DNA of 64,000 nucleotides from Candidatus Buchananbacteria bacterium (GTDB lineage: Bacteria; Patescibacteriota; Patescibacteriia; 2-01-FULL-39-33), in the NCBI GenBank assembly GCA_041666945.1, contig JBAYFY010000003.1:7392-71391 (forward strand), in the 5' to 3' direction. The translations under genes were made by a program, and so were the position numbers. Positions 50,049-58,720 of the stretch are shown here, piece after piece (position 1 is the first letter of the stretch; the number at the start of each line of letters is the position of its first letter). Under the pieces are notes generated by a model that searched no databases, had not been told where the DNA came from, and saw only the letters and a program-made list of their open reading frames with translations.

Positions 50049-50485
50049 GGCACTTCTCCTTGTAAGTTGTTCAGAGTAAGTTGTTCAGAACCGATTAATT
50101 GCAAAGCTGAATTTATTAAGCGATTTTTAATGTCCTTCAATAGTTTATTTTAATACCGGCCGATTCTAAAGTCAAGGGCTAAATTTGCAGATGGATTAAT
50201 AACGCCAAAAATTTGTCAAATCTTTACTGATTTCATTGGCCCGACAATGACTTAAAAGCCCCAAATAAGATTGCTGGCTCTGTTTTAATGATTTTCCGGG
50301 CATTTCTCCGCCCTCAAAAACAGCGGTTTTAAAAAGCAAAGATTTCGGCGACTAGAATTTTTAAATAATCCCAATGCATTATCCTAATTTCAAAATTATA
50401 ATAACATATCTGAAATTTTAAGTAAAAATAAAAAGGGCTTGAACTTCAAGAATCAAAAAGATTAAAGAAGTCCAAGCCGCAAGAA

Positions 50486-51346
50486 TTAACACTGCGGGGC
50501 GAAGGCCGACACCGAACCATAGTACGCATGGGCACTGTCGACGATATTGCGGTCAAATTCGAGACGGTCATCGCACGAATCGAAGCCGGCCGAGTAGCGT
50601 AAATCATCACCAGCACCCGGAGACCATTCACAACCAGCCATATCCATATACAACTGGTTATCGCCGATGATGCGATCGGGATGGGTAAGCAATAAACAGC
50701 CGCCGCTGTACGGGCAAAGGCCGAATTCCGTTTCGCTCAAACGAAATCTGGCATGGCGAATACTGGCGCCGGACCAACGTCTGCCAAACTGTAATGGAAC
50801 GACAAAGTAGTCGCCCGGCTGATATTCATTCAACCGCTGAAAACAACCGGCCGTCTTGACGGTGTGACGCCAACATTCTTTCCAGCCGATTTCATCGTCA
50901 CGGTAATTACAAAAATCGCGAGAATCAGTGAGCAGGGCAAAAATTTTCTTCGCGGCCGGACGCAATCCGCCGAGTCGCGAGAACTTCGGCCAGACGCCAA
51001 TAGCTTCCGCGCCTGGCGCTAAGCTCATCCGCTTCACTAAATCAGCGACCTGACTGCCATCCAACTTCTTGGTGAGCTTCTGGGCCTGCCAAAAACTCAA
51101 CTGTTCTGCCGGAGAACGGAAACGGAACTTCGGCGGATAATTGTAACTGGATGGGACACGCTCATTGGCGTAAGGAAGATTTGTGGTCCCCTCAAACTTA
51201 CCATCAATACCCCGTTGCAAAAATTCGCCCAACTCATGCGGGTCAAACTCGTAACCATTCGGTTGGCGTATCTGCTGCTTGATTTCAAACAATTTGCCAT
51301 CAATCCAGTGGTACAGTTCGCCTGTGACAACAACTCCTGTCGCCAT
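50486..51346 (-). CDS. Unrecognised family A, short member (286 aa), paralog of 41891..42886
   Basis: GAAGGAG RBS. Shares LPYAxERVxSSxxYPxxFRxRSxxEQLxFW ... PKFSxLGG ... PGDYFVVPLQFGRRWSGASIRHARFR ... EFGLCPY ... LLTHPD ... YYGSVSAFAPQC with the long member. Confidence 0.6.
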   Translation of the reverse strand: MATGVVVTGELYHWIDGKLFEIKQQIRQPNGYEFDPHELGEFLQRGIDGKFEGTTNLPYANERVPSSYNYPPKFRFRSPAEQLSFWQAQKLTKKLDGSQVADLVKRMSLAPGAEAIGVWPKFSRLGGLRPAAKKIFALLTDSRDFCNYRDDEIGWKECWRHTVKTAGCFQRLNEYQPGDYFVVPLQFGRRWSGASIRHARFRLSETEFGLCPYSGGCLLLTHPDRIIGDNQLYMDMAGCEWSPGAGDDLRYSAGFDSCDDRLEFDRNIVDSAHAYYGSVSAFAPQC

Positions 51347-51779
51347 GACAAAACTCCTTCTAATTAATGAACTTGTCGCGAATTCGGCGAAATGCCGCGG
51401 TCACAGCGCCGCTTTTGGCTTTTACAATAAAGCCAATAAATTATTATCTAAATCATCAAAATTTAAGCAATAATTTACTGTCTTTATTCCGATGTAAAAT
51501 TATATCATACAGACATAAATTCGTCAAACAAACAAATTTCTTGAAAGCTGAAAAATTTGACGAGATAACCATAAAAGCGTATATTTAAAACAGTGATTGA
51601 AGCGGCCACCAACCGCTTACTCCATAAAGAGTCCGGTCAGCCGGCTAAGCAAAAATCAAAGCGTCCGCCATCCGCCATCCGGCGGAGCGGAAACCCGGGT
51701 GGAACCGCGGGAACATCCCAGTTGAATAAAATCATTCAACGGGATAAACTCTCGTCCCGAAAATATGTCTTTAATTTAG

Positions 51780-52369
51780 ATGTGTTTTCAGGATGAGAGT
51801 TTTTTAAATAAATTTATGTACGGACCGACTTTAAAAGGAAAAAATATTATTCTTAAGCCGATTTCATTAAAAGAGGCCCCAACCTTTGTCAACTGGTTTA
51901 AAGACGAGAATGTTGTAAAATTTTTAGGTAAACAACACAAAGGACTGACATTGGCTAAGGAAAAGCAATACATCAAAAAAATGAAGAAAAATGAAGAGCA
52001 GATCATCTGGTCCATCTATACTAAACTAAAGATGGAACTCACATTGGCAGCACCGACCTGCACTCGCTAAACAAAGATCATAAAAAAACCGACTGGGGAA
52101 TTGTCATCGGCGACAAGAAATATTGGAATCAGGGCTATGGTCAAGATGTATTAAAAACCGTAATGAAATACTGCTTTAACGTCTTAAAACTTAATCGCTT
52201 TGGCCTCTCGGTTTATGAAGGCAATCTTGGCGGCATTAGATGTTATACCAAATGCGGGCTCAAAAAAGAAGGGATAAAAAGACAAAGCATTTATCGCTAT
52301 GGCAGATATTGGGACGAGATTATTATGAGCATGTTAAAATCAGATTATAAAAAACTAAAAAAGACATAA
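51780..52369 (+). pseudogene. GNAT (RimJ/RimL-like) N-acetyltransferase interrupted by a frameshift in an A-run near 52023-52031
   Basis: N-terminal half in frame 0 (...EEQIIWSIYTKLK). The continuation ...KDGTHIGSTDLHSLNKDHKKTDWGIVIGDKKYWNQGYGQDVLKTVMKYCFNVLKLNRFGLSVYEGNLGGIRCYTKCGLKKEGI... is in frame +2. The two halves together make a complete GNAT fold. Confidence 0.5.
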
Positions 52370-52374
52370 AATAT

Positions 52375-54135
52375 ATGGGGACTAAAAACGAACAACTTGA
52401 TAAAATCCGCCATTCCACTTCCCACATCATGGCTTATGCTGTGCGGGAAATTTTTGGCGACAAAATTAAATTCGCCATTGGCCCGACGATTGACGACGGT
52501 TTTTACTATGATTTTGATTTGGGCGATAAAACCTTCACTACTGAAGACCTCAAAGCGATTGAAAAAAGAATGGCGGAACTGATCAAGAAAAAACTGCCGT
52601 TTGAAAAATCTGATTTGCCGGTCAAGGAAGCGCTGAAAAAAATGTCCGACCAGCCCTACAAACAAGAACTGATTAATGACTTAGCCAAGGCCGGAGAAAC
52701 CGCCGTCAGTTTTTACGCTGTCGGCGACTTTACCGATCTCTGCCGCGGCCCTCACGTGGAAAATACCAAGGAGTTGGGCGTATTTAAATTAATGAAAACC
52801 GCCGGCGCTTATTGGCGCGGCGACGAGAAAAACAAAATGCTGCAAAGAATCTACGGTACGGCTTTTGAAACCAAAGAACAATTGGCTGAATATTTGAAAA
52901 TGCTGGAAGAAGCGGAAAAACGGGATCACCGCACACTCGGCAAAGAATTGGATTTATTTGTTTTTTCCGATTTAGTCGGCAAGGGCTTGCCAATATTCGG
53001 TCCAAAGGGCGCGACCATTAAAAGAGAGCTGGAAAGGTTTACCATTGATGAAGAATTGAAGCGAGGATATCATCATGTCGTTACTCCGGATTTGGCTAAA
53101 GTCGATCTTTACAAAAAATCCGGGCACTATCCTTACTATAAAGATACGATGTACCCGGTAATGAAAATCGACGAGGAGGAATTGATTCTCAAACCGATGA
53201 CTTGTCCGCACCATTTCATGTTTTATAAATCAGAACCGCACAGTTACCGCGAGTTGCCATACCGTATCGGCGAGATCGCTCATCAATATCGTTATGAAAA
53301 AAGCGGCGAACTGTCCGGATTAACCCGTGTCAGAATGTTCTGTCTTGCCGATGCCCATATTATTGCCGCCAAAGATCAGGCCAAGCAAGTCATCAAGGAA
53401 GTTTTGGAATTAATTGACTTTATTAATGGAACGCTGGGTTTAGTCAAGGGCAAGGATTATCGTTATCGCCTGTCACTCGGCGACCGCTCTGATAATAAAA
53501 AATATTATAAGGATGATGCTTCATGGGATTATGCCGAAAATGTCTTGCGTGAGGTTCTGACCGAAGTTAAAGCGCCATTTTATGAGGCCGCCAATGAGGC
53601 CGCATTTTACGGTCCGAAAATAGATATTCAGGTAAAGAAGGTTTCGGGCAGCGAGGAAACGGCTTTTACTGTCCAATACGATTTTGTTATGCCGGAACGC
53701 TTCGACCTATTTTTTACAAATAAAGAAGGCGAGCAAGAAAAGCCGATTGTTATCCATCGTTCCTCCATTGGTTGTTTGGAGAGAACAATGGCATTTTTGA
53801 TCGAGCATTATGCCGGCGCCTTCCCTACTTGGCTGTCGCCGGTGCAAGCCGTGGTTATCCCGGTGTCGGAAAAATTCACTGACTATGGCCAGAAAGTTTA
53901 TGACGAACTGCTTGCCGCCGGCGTGCGCGTCAAACTGGATGATGCCGACGAATCATTGGGTAAGAGGATTAGAAACGCCGAGAAACAAAAAACTCCCTAT
54001 ATCTTAGTAGTGGGAGAAAAAGAAGCCGCCGCTAAAACCGTGTCTGTGCGCAAGCGTGGCGAAGGCGATCTGGGCAGTCAGCCGCTTAACCAATTCATTG
54101 AGGAAATACAAAAAGAAATTAAAGAAAAGGAATAA
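52375..54135 (+). CDS. thrS: Threonyl-tRNA synthetase lacking the N-terminal TGS domain
   Basis: Begins at the editing/SAD domain (RHSTSHIMAYAV). Class II motifs (FRIGEIAHQYRYEKSGELSGLTRVRMF; GPKIDIQV). Anticodon-binding domain. Confidence 0.9.
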   Translation: MGTKNEQLDKIRHSTSHIMAYAVREIFGDKIKFAIGPTIDDGFYYDFDLGDKTFTTEDLKAIEKRMAELIKKKLPFEKSDLPVKEALKKMSDQPYKQELINDLAKAGETAVSFYAVGDFTDLCRGPHVENTKELGVFKLMKTAGAYWRGDEKNKMLQRIYGTAFETKEQLAEYLKMLEEAEKRDHRTLGKELDLFVFSDLVGKGLPIFGPKGATIKRELERFTIDEELKRGYHHVVTPDLAKVDLYKKSGHYPYYKDTMYPVMKIDEEELILKPMTCPHHFMFYKSEPHSYRELPYRIGEIAHQYRYEKSGELSGLTRVRMFCLADAHIIAAKDQAKQVIKEVLELIDFINGTLGLVKGKDYRYRLSLGDRSDNKKYYKDDASWDYAENVLREVLTEVKAPFYEAANEAAFYGPKIDIQVKKVSGSEETAFTVQYDFVMPERFDLFFTNKEGEQEKPIVIHRSSIGCLERTMAFLIEHYAGAFPTWLSPVQAVVIPVSEKFTDYGQKVYDELLAAGVRVKLDDADESLGKRIRNAEKQKTPYILVVGEKEAAAKTVSVRKRGEGDLGSQPLNQFIEEIQKEIKEKE

Positions 54136-54350
54136 TTGAAATTAATTGATATTTAAAATGCGAGCATAATAAAATCTTGTGCGACTTTATGCGGGAACGA
54201 CCAGAAAAGTTTTGCAAGCCTGCCTGCCGGCAGGCAGGTGAAGCGTCAGAAACTTTTCGGGATCCTGCCGGCAGGCAGGTGAAGCATAAAGTTTAGCCAT
54301 GATTTATGCTTCGCTCGCGACTCTTTGGAGATACCTTTCTCTTAGAGAAA

Positions 54351-54592
54351 GGTATTGTAAAAAAGATTATAACCTGGATTCCCGCCTTCGCGGGAATGAC
54401 GAAAGGGGTATTGTAAAAAAGATTATAACCTGGATTCCCGCCTTCGCGGGAATGACGAAAGGGGTATTGTAAAAAAGATTATAACCTGGATTCCCGCCTA
54501 CGCGGGAATGACAAAGAGGGTGCGGGAATGACAAAGAGGGTGCGGGAATGACAAAGAGGGTGCGGGAATGACGAAAGGAGTGCGGGAATGAC
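54351..54592. repeat. Nested tandem direct repeats: three 56-bp units, each containing the hairpin GGATTCCCGCCTTCGCGGGAATGAC, followed by four 20-bp units (AAAGAGGGTGCGGGAATGAC)
   Basis: Units at 54351-54406, 54407-54462 and 54463-54512 are near-identical. The 20-bp units are at 54513-54592. No unique spacers between units. Confidence 0.75.
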
Positions 54593-54726
54593 AAAGGGGT
54601 ATCGTGAAAATTGAAACTCTCTTAATCACCCTTTCATAAAGGGGAGAAATAACCTGGATTCCTGGTCAAGTTTACCCCGTCTTTATGACTGGGGCCAGGA
54701 ATGACAAATAAAAGAATATTAAACAA

Positions 54727-54766
54727 AATAAAAAATCCGATCAATTAATCGGATTTTTATTTTTTA
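54727..54766. terminator. Bidirectional terminator overlapping the histidine-kinase stop codon
   Basis: AATCCGAT-CAATTAA-TCGGATT hairpin flanked by A-rich and T-rich runs. Confidence 0.5.
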
Positions 54767-55896
54767 ACTTTTTGCGCTTTACTTTTGTCCACCAAAGGCA
54801 AAGAAAAACTGAATTTACTCCCCCGGCCCTTGCCCGGCGACTCGGCCCAAATGCGACCGCCTAAATTCTCAATCACCACCCGGGCAAAGTATAGGCCTAG
54901 TCCCGTGCCTTCAGGATGGATAGTGGACATGCCCTGGCCGCGCACGAACTTATTAAACAACCGACCGACATCGCCGGCGGTAATGCCCGAACCGGTATCG
55001 GCCACCGAAAACACCACCGAACTGCCCTCTTGGTGCAAATCCAGGGAAATTTCACCCGCTTTGGTGTATTTGACAGCATTATCAACCAGATTAGAAGCGA
55101 CCTCCTTAATCTTAGCCGAATCAGTTGAAACGTCGGGCAAATCTTTGGAGTAATAAACATTCAGCTTCAATCCCTTAGCCGTCGCTTTAGCTTTGAATTC
55201 TTCTTTCAGCTCATCAGCGATTTTAGCCAAGTCCGCGGGCTTGATATCAAATTCCAACCGGCCGGCTTCAATGCGGGAAATATCCAATAAATTTTCAATC
55301 AAATTAAGCAACCGTTCAGTGGCGATAAAAACCTTATCCAAATTATCTTTTAAGATTTTAGGCACCTTGCCGAAGTTGCCTTCTTGCATCATGGAAACAT
55401 AACCCTTGATAATCGTGGTCGGGGTGCGCAACTGGTGGCTGGCGATGGACAGAAATTCCGATTTGGCGTCATCCAGCCGTTGCAACTCCTTATTGGTAGC
55501 TTCCAATTTTGCCGTCGCTTTTTTGACCCTTTGTTCCAAACTCTTGGTCAATTCTTCCAAGGCGTCGTTGGATTGCGCCTGGGCGAAATTGGCTTCCACA
55601 ATGCTTTCCGTGCTCCGATTGAAAAAGAAACCGTAAACAATGACAAAAGAAAAAATCATGACAACCGCCAAAGTGGAAATATGCCCTTCAACGAAATAAA
55701 ACAGGGCTAAAAAAACCAAAATCATTACCGCGCTGACAATCTGATAATGCAAAAACAAACATTCGCGGAATTTGAACCGGCAATGCTTGCAGCGCTTGTA
55801 AGGAGAATAATTGAGATTTTTTACCAACCAGCAATCTAAATTAAGGCACTCGTTTTTTTTCCTCCTTAAATCCTTTTTGGAACTGGCTGTTTTCAT
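54757..55896 (-). CDS. Sensor histidine kinase (N-terminal Cys-rich segment, 2 TM, HisKA, HATPase_c)
   Basis: H-box LSIASHQLRTPTT. N-box VDNAVKYT. G-boxes DTGSGI and GTGLGLYF. Confidence 0.8.
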   Translation of the reverse strand: MKTASSKKDLRRKKNECLNLDCWLVKNLNYSPYKRCKHCRFKFRECLFLHYQIVSAVMILVFLALFYFVEGHISTLAVVMIFSFVIVYGFFFNRSTESIVEANFAQAQSNDALEELTKSLEQRVKKATAKLEATNKELQRLDDAKSEFLSIASHQLRTPTTIIKGYVSMMQEGNFGKVPKILKDNLDKVFIATERLLNLIENLLDISRIEAGRLEFDIKPADLAKIADELKEEFKAKATAKGLKLNVYYSKDLPDVSTDSAKIKEVASNLVDNAVKYTKAGEISLDLHQEGSSVVFSVADTGSGITAGDVGRLFNKFVRGQGMSTIHPEGTGLGLYFARVVIENLGGRIWAESPGKGRGSKFSFSLPLVDKSKAQKVKK

Positions 55897-56318
55897 TTGT
55901 TAAAAATCTTTTTTAAGACGATATACATCATCGTGGCGACGCAGAAACCGACAAAACAAGCCAAAAAAATCAGTAAATCCACGATTAAAATGTAAATCCA
56001 GGCCAAATCAACGGCTCGCCCGCTATTGACCCAGAGAAAACCGATTAAAAGCAGGGCTCCGGTCATGCCGGCGACAAATTTCAATTCTCCCGATTCCTTT
56101 TGGACCGGCGGATTTTGTTTGCTAAGCATCCTTTTAATGACCAAAAGGTGAAGTTGATAAAAAACATTCAGCTTAAAAGAAAAAGCTCCCAAGATCGTCA
56201 AAATAGCTACTGCCAAAACCAGCCAAGGACTATGGATTATGATGGCGATTAGAACCAAAATCCCGTAGACGGCCCGGGAAAACCTTAGCGAATCATCATG
56301 AATTTGACATTGTTGCAT
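55893..56318 (-). CDS. Hypothetical four-TM membrane protein, translationally coupled to the kinase gene (4-nt overlap)
   Basis: 141 aa, hydrophobic helices. Confidence 0.5.
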   Translation of the reverse strand: MQQCQIHDDSLRFSRAVYGILVLIAIIIHSPWLVLAVAILTILGAFSFKLNVFYQLHLLVIKRMLSKQNPPVQKESGELKFVAGMTGALLLIGFLWVNSGRAVDLAWIYILIVDLLIFLACFVGFCVATMMYIVLKKIFNK

Positions 56319-56345
56319 AAAATATTTAATTTATTAATCTGACTG

Positions 56346-56774
56346 TTATTTGTTTCTCTTGGCGCCGTAATTCGCGGCATCAGTTTGCATTCGGTTTATC
56401 ACTTTCCATAAACTGTTGGCTTTAACCGGTGAAAAAAGTTCTCTTAGGCCGGTCTGATCGATAAAATACAACTCGGTATTTTTGATCTCTTCCGGCGTCC
56501 GGCCGTTTAAAACCCTTAACAGCAAAACAACGGCCCCCTTGATAATCAACGACAAGCTGTCTATTTTATAAAAGACCTTGCCATCTTTGAAAGTGGAACC
56601 GTACCAAGTCCGAACTTGGCAACCTTTGACCAAATTATCCTCTATCTTATGCGCCTCCTCGGCGGAGGGCAGGGTTTTGCCCAATTTCATCAGTTGGCCG
56701 TATTTTTTCAGCCAATCTTTAGCGGAACCCCCGAATTCTTTAATGATTTCTTGTTGTATTTTTTGTGTTGTCAT
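56346..56774 (-). CDS. sufE: SufE-like sulfur acceptor protein (start trimmed to MTTQKIQ)
   Basis: LVKGCQVRTWYG matches the SufE active-site Cys loop (GCxSxVW). Immediately downstream of sufS. Confidence 0.6.
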   Translation of the reverse strand: MTTQKIQQEIIKEFGGSAKDWLKKYGQLMKLGKTLPSAEEAHKIEDNLVKGCQVRTWYGSTFKDGKVFYKIDSLSLIIKGAVVLLLRVLNGRTPEEIKNTELYFIDQTGLRELFSPVKANSLWKVINRMQTDAANYGAKRNK

Positions 56775-56785
56775 GTTGATGAATT

Positions 56786-58033
56786 TTATTTGGACATTTT
56801 TTGGATTTGACGCAGGGCTTCGCACAAATAATCTATCTCTTTAAAAGTGTTATAAAACACCAGGGAAGATCTAATGGATCCCTCCGTTCCGTAATGCGCC
56901 CATAAGGGATGGGTGCAATGATGGCCGGTCCGAACCGCAATACCCAGCCGATCCAAAAGCGTGCCGACATCATAAGGATGCAAGCCGTCCATCAGGAAAG
57001 AAAAAATAGCGACTTTATTTTTGGCTGTGCCGTAAACTTTCAAACCGTCTATTTCTGCCAGTTTGGCGGTCGCATAATCCAACAGCTTCTTTTCATAAGC
57101 TCTGACGTTTTCCAAGCCCAAACCCGACAAATATTCCAAGGCCTCGCCCAGTCCGACAGCGCCGATATAATTAGGCGTGCCGGCTTCAAATTTGAAAGGC
57201 AAGTCGTTATAAGTGGTGCGCTCAAATGAAACGCGGTCAATCATATCCCCGCCGCTTTGATAAGGCGGCAGGTCATTGAGCCAGCGCTCTTTCCCGTATA
57301 AAACCCCGGTGCCGGTCGGCCCATAAACCTTATGGCCGGAAAAAGCGTAAAAATCGCAATCCAAGTCCTGAACGTCAATCAGTTCGTGCTGAATCGCCTG
57401 GGCGCCGTCAATTAAAACGGGAATATTCTTGGCATGGGCCAGCGCGATTATTTCCTTAATCGGATTGATCGTTCCCAAAGAATTGGAAACATGGGTAACC
57501 GCCACTAACTTTGTTTTGGAATTAAGCAATTTCTTGTATTCTTCCAACAACAATTCACCTCGATCGTTAAAAGGAATCGCTCTTAAACGAGCGCCCTTTT
57601 TGTCGCAAGCTATCTGCCATGGCACCAAATTACTATGATGCTCCATTTCAGAAACAATAATCTCATCATTCTTCTTGAGATACGCTTCGCAAAAAGAATA
57701 AGCGACCAGATTAATTGAAGCGGTAACTCCACTGGTAAAAATTATCTCCTGCGGCGAAGGGGCGTTAATGAATCTTTGCACCCGCGCCCTGGCCACCTCA
57801 TACATATCCGTCATTTGCGAGCTTAAAAAATGTATCCCGCGATGGACATTGCTGTTATACTGGCGATGGGCCTTATTTATGGCTTCTATGACAACCTTCG
57901 GTTTCTGTGTGGTTGCTCCGTTATCAAAATAAACCAGGCGTCGGCCATAAATCCTCTCCTTAAGTATGGGGAAATCCTTCCTGATTCTTTTGATGTTTAA
58001 TTCGACTGGCTGGGGTTTGTCTGTTTTGTTCAT
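56786..58033 (-). CDS. sufS: Cysteine desulfurase SufS (class V aminotransferase)
   Basis: PLP-Lys motif FSGHKVYGPTGTGVLYG. Catalytic-Cys loop RTGHHCTHPL. Confidence 0.85.
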   Translation of the reverse strand: MNKTDKPQPVELNIKRIRKDFPILKERIYGRRLVYFDNGATTQKPKVVIEAINKAHRQYNSNVHRGIHFLSSQMTDMYEVARARVQRFINAPSPQEIIFTSGVTASINLVAYSFCEAYLKKNDEIIVSEMEHHSNLVPWQIACDKKGARLRAIPFNDRGELLLEEYKKLLNSKTKLVAVTHVSNSLGTINPIKEIIALAHAKNIPVLIDGAQAIQHELIDVQDLDCDFYAFSGHKVYGPTGTGVLYGKERWLNDLPPYQSGGDMIDRVSFERTTYNDLPFKFEAGTPNYIGAVGLGEALEYLSGLGLENVRAYEKKLLDYATAKLAEIDGLKVYGTAKNKVAIFSFLMDGLHPYDVGTLLDRLGIAVRTGHHCTHPLWAHYGTEGSIRSSLVFYNTFKEIDYLCEALRQIQKMSK

Positions 58034-58149
58034 GGCGCGGCAAATAAATATTATTATTGGTTGACTATATTATAACACAAAAGCCGTACGACTCACCACC
58101 CCCTCATTAAATCTTTATAGCCGATCCTAACACTGCCTTAAAAATTATA

Positions 58150-58190
58150 AAAAACGCCCGGGTTTTGGTGATCCCGGGGCGGTATTTTTA
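58150..58190. terminator. Terminator after the RNHCP-domain gene
   Basis: CGCCCGGG-TTTTGGTGAT-CCCGGGGCG hairpin flanked by A5 and T5. Confidence 0.45.
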
Positions 58191-58206
58191 TTTAGAATCA
58201 AATCAT

Positions 58207-58527
58207 TTAATTGAACCGGCGCAGCTTCTTCTCGGCCAGTTCTTTTTCCAATCTGATAACTTCGTCCACGTTGTCTTCTTCTCTGATTTTGTCAACACGC
58301 GTAAAACCGCAGGACTCGCAACGCTGGGAGATAATCCATTTGCCGCCCTGGTAATATAAATCTGTCGGGCGCATTAAGCCGCCGCATTCCGCTTGCCGGT
58401 CGCCCGGATCAACATCCACGTGTTTGGACCACAGGCATTCGGGGCAATGATTGGTATAGCCCGTGCCTATTACCTCGGCGCCGCAATGTTCACACTTAAA
58501 ATCTTCTTTTCTTTTAATAAATGCCAT
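58207..58527 (-). CDS. RNHCP-domain zinc-ribbon protein
   Basis: FKCEHCGAEV ... TNHCPECLWSKHVD ... RCESCGF pattern. 106 aa. Confidence 0.6.
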   Translation of the reverse strand: MAFIKRKEDFKCEHCGAEVIGTGYTNHCPECLWSKHVDVDPGDRQAECGGLMRPTDLYYQGGKWIISQRCESCGFTRVDKIREEDNVDEVIRLEKELAEKKLRRFN

Positions 58528-58720
58528 ATACTTGACACTTTATCATGGTTTTGCTATAATTTCAATACTAAATAAGAATATCCGCAAAATCTCTAAAAAG
58601 CGGGGCTCATTAACGATTAGTCCGAAATCAACCGGTCAGCCAGCCAGGATTTCGGCCGTTAAGGGTTAAAACATGGCTTTTTATTTTATGAGCATGATCC
58701 AACCGAAAAAGGATTCGGTA

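Noticed and set aside
51590-51780. RNase P RNA call based on AAAGAGUCCGG, GGUGGAACCGCGGG and UUCAACGG-like strings.
   Set aside because: The P4-like 5' and 3' elements are adjacent rather than about 300 nt apart. The overall length and order do not fit type A or B RNase P RNA. Kept only as a generic candidate structured RNA.
54351-54592. Possible CRISPR array, suggested by evenly spaced direct repeats with an internal palindrome.
   Set aside because: Repeats abut each other with no unique spacers. Unit lengths (56 and 20 bp) and copy structure do not fit a repeat-spacer architecture. No cas genes nearby.
54367-54594. 75-aa minus-strand ORF.
   Set aside because: It lies entirely within the tandem repeats. 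Its repeated IPAKAGIQ-like peptide text just mirrors the DNA repeat.
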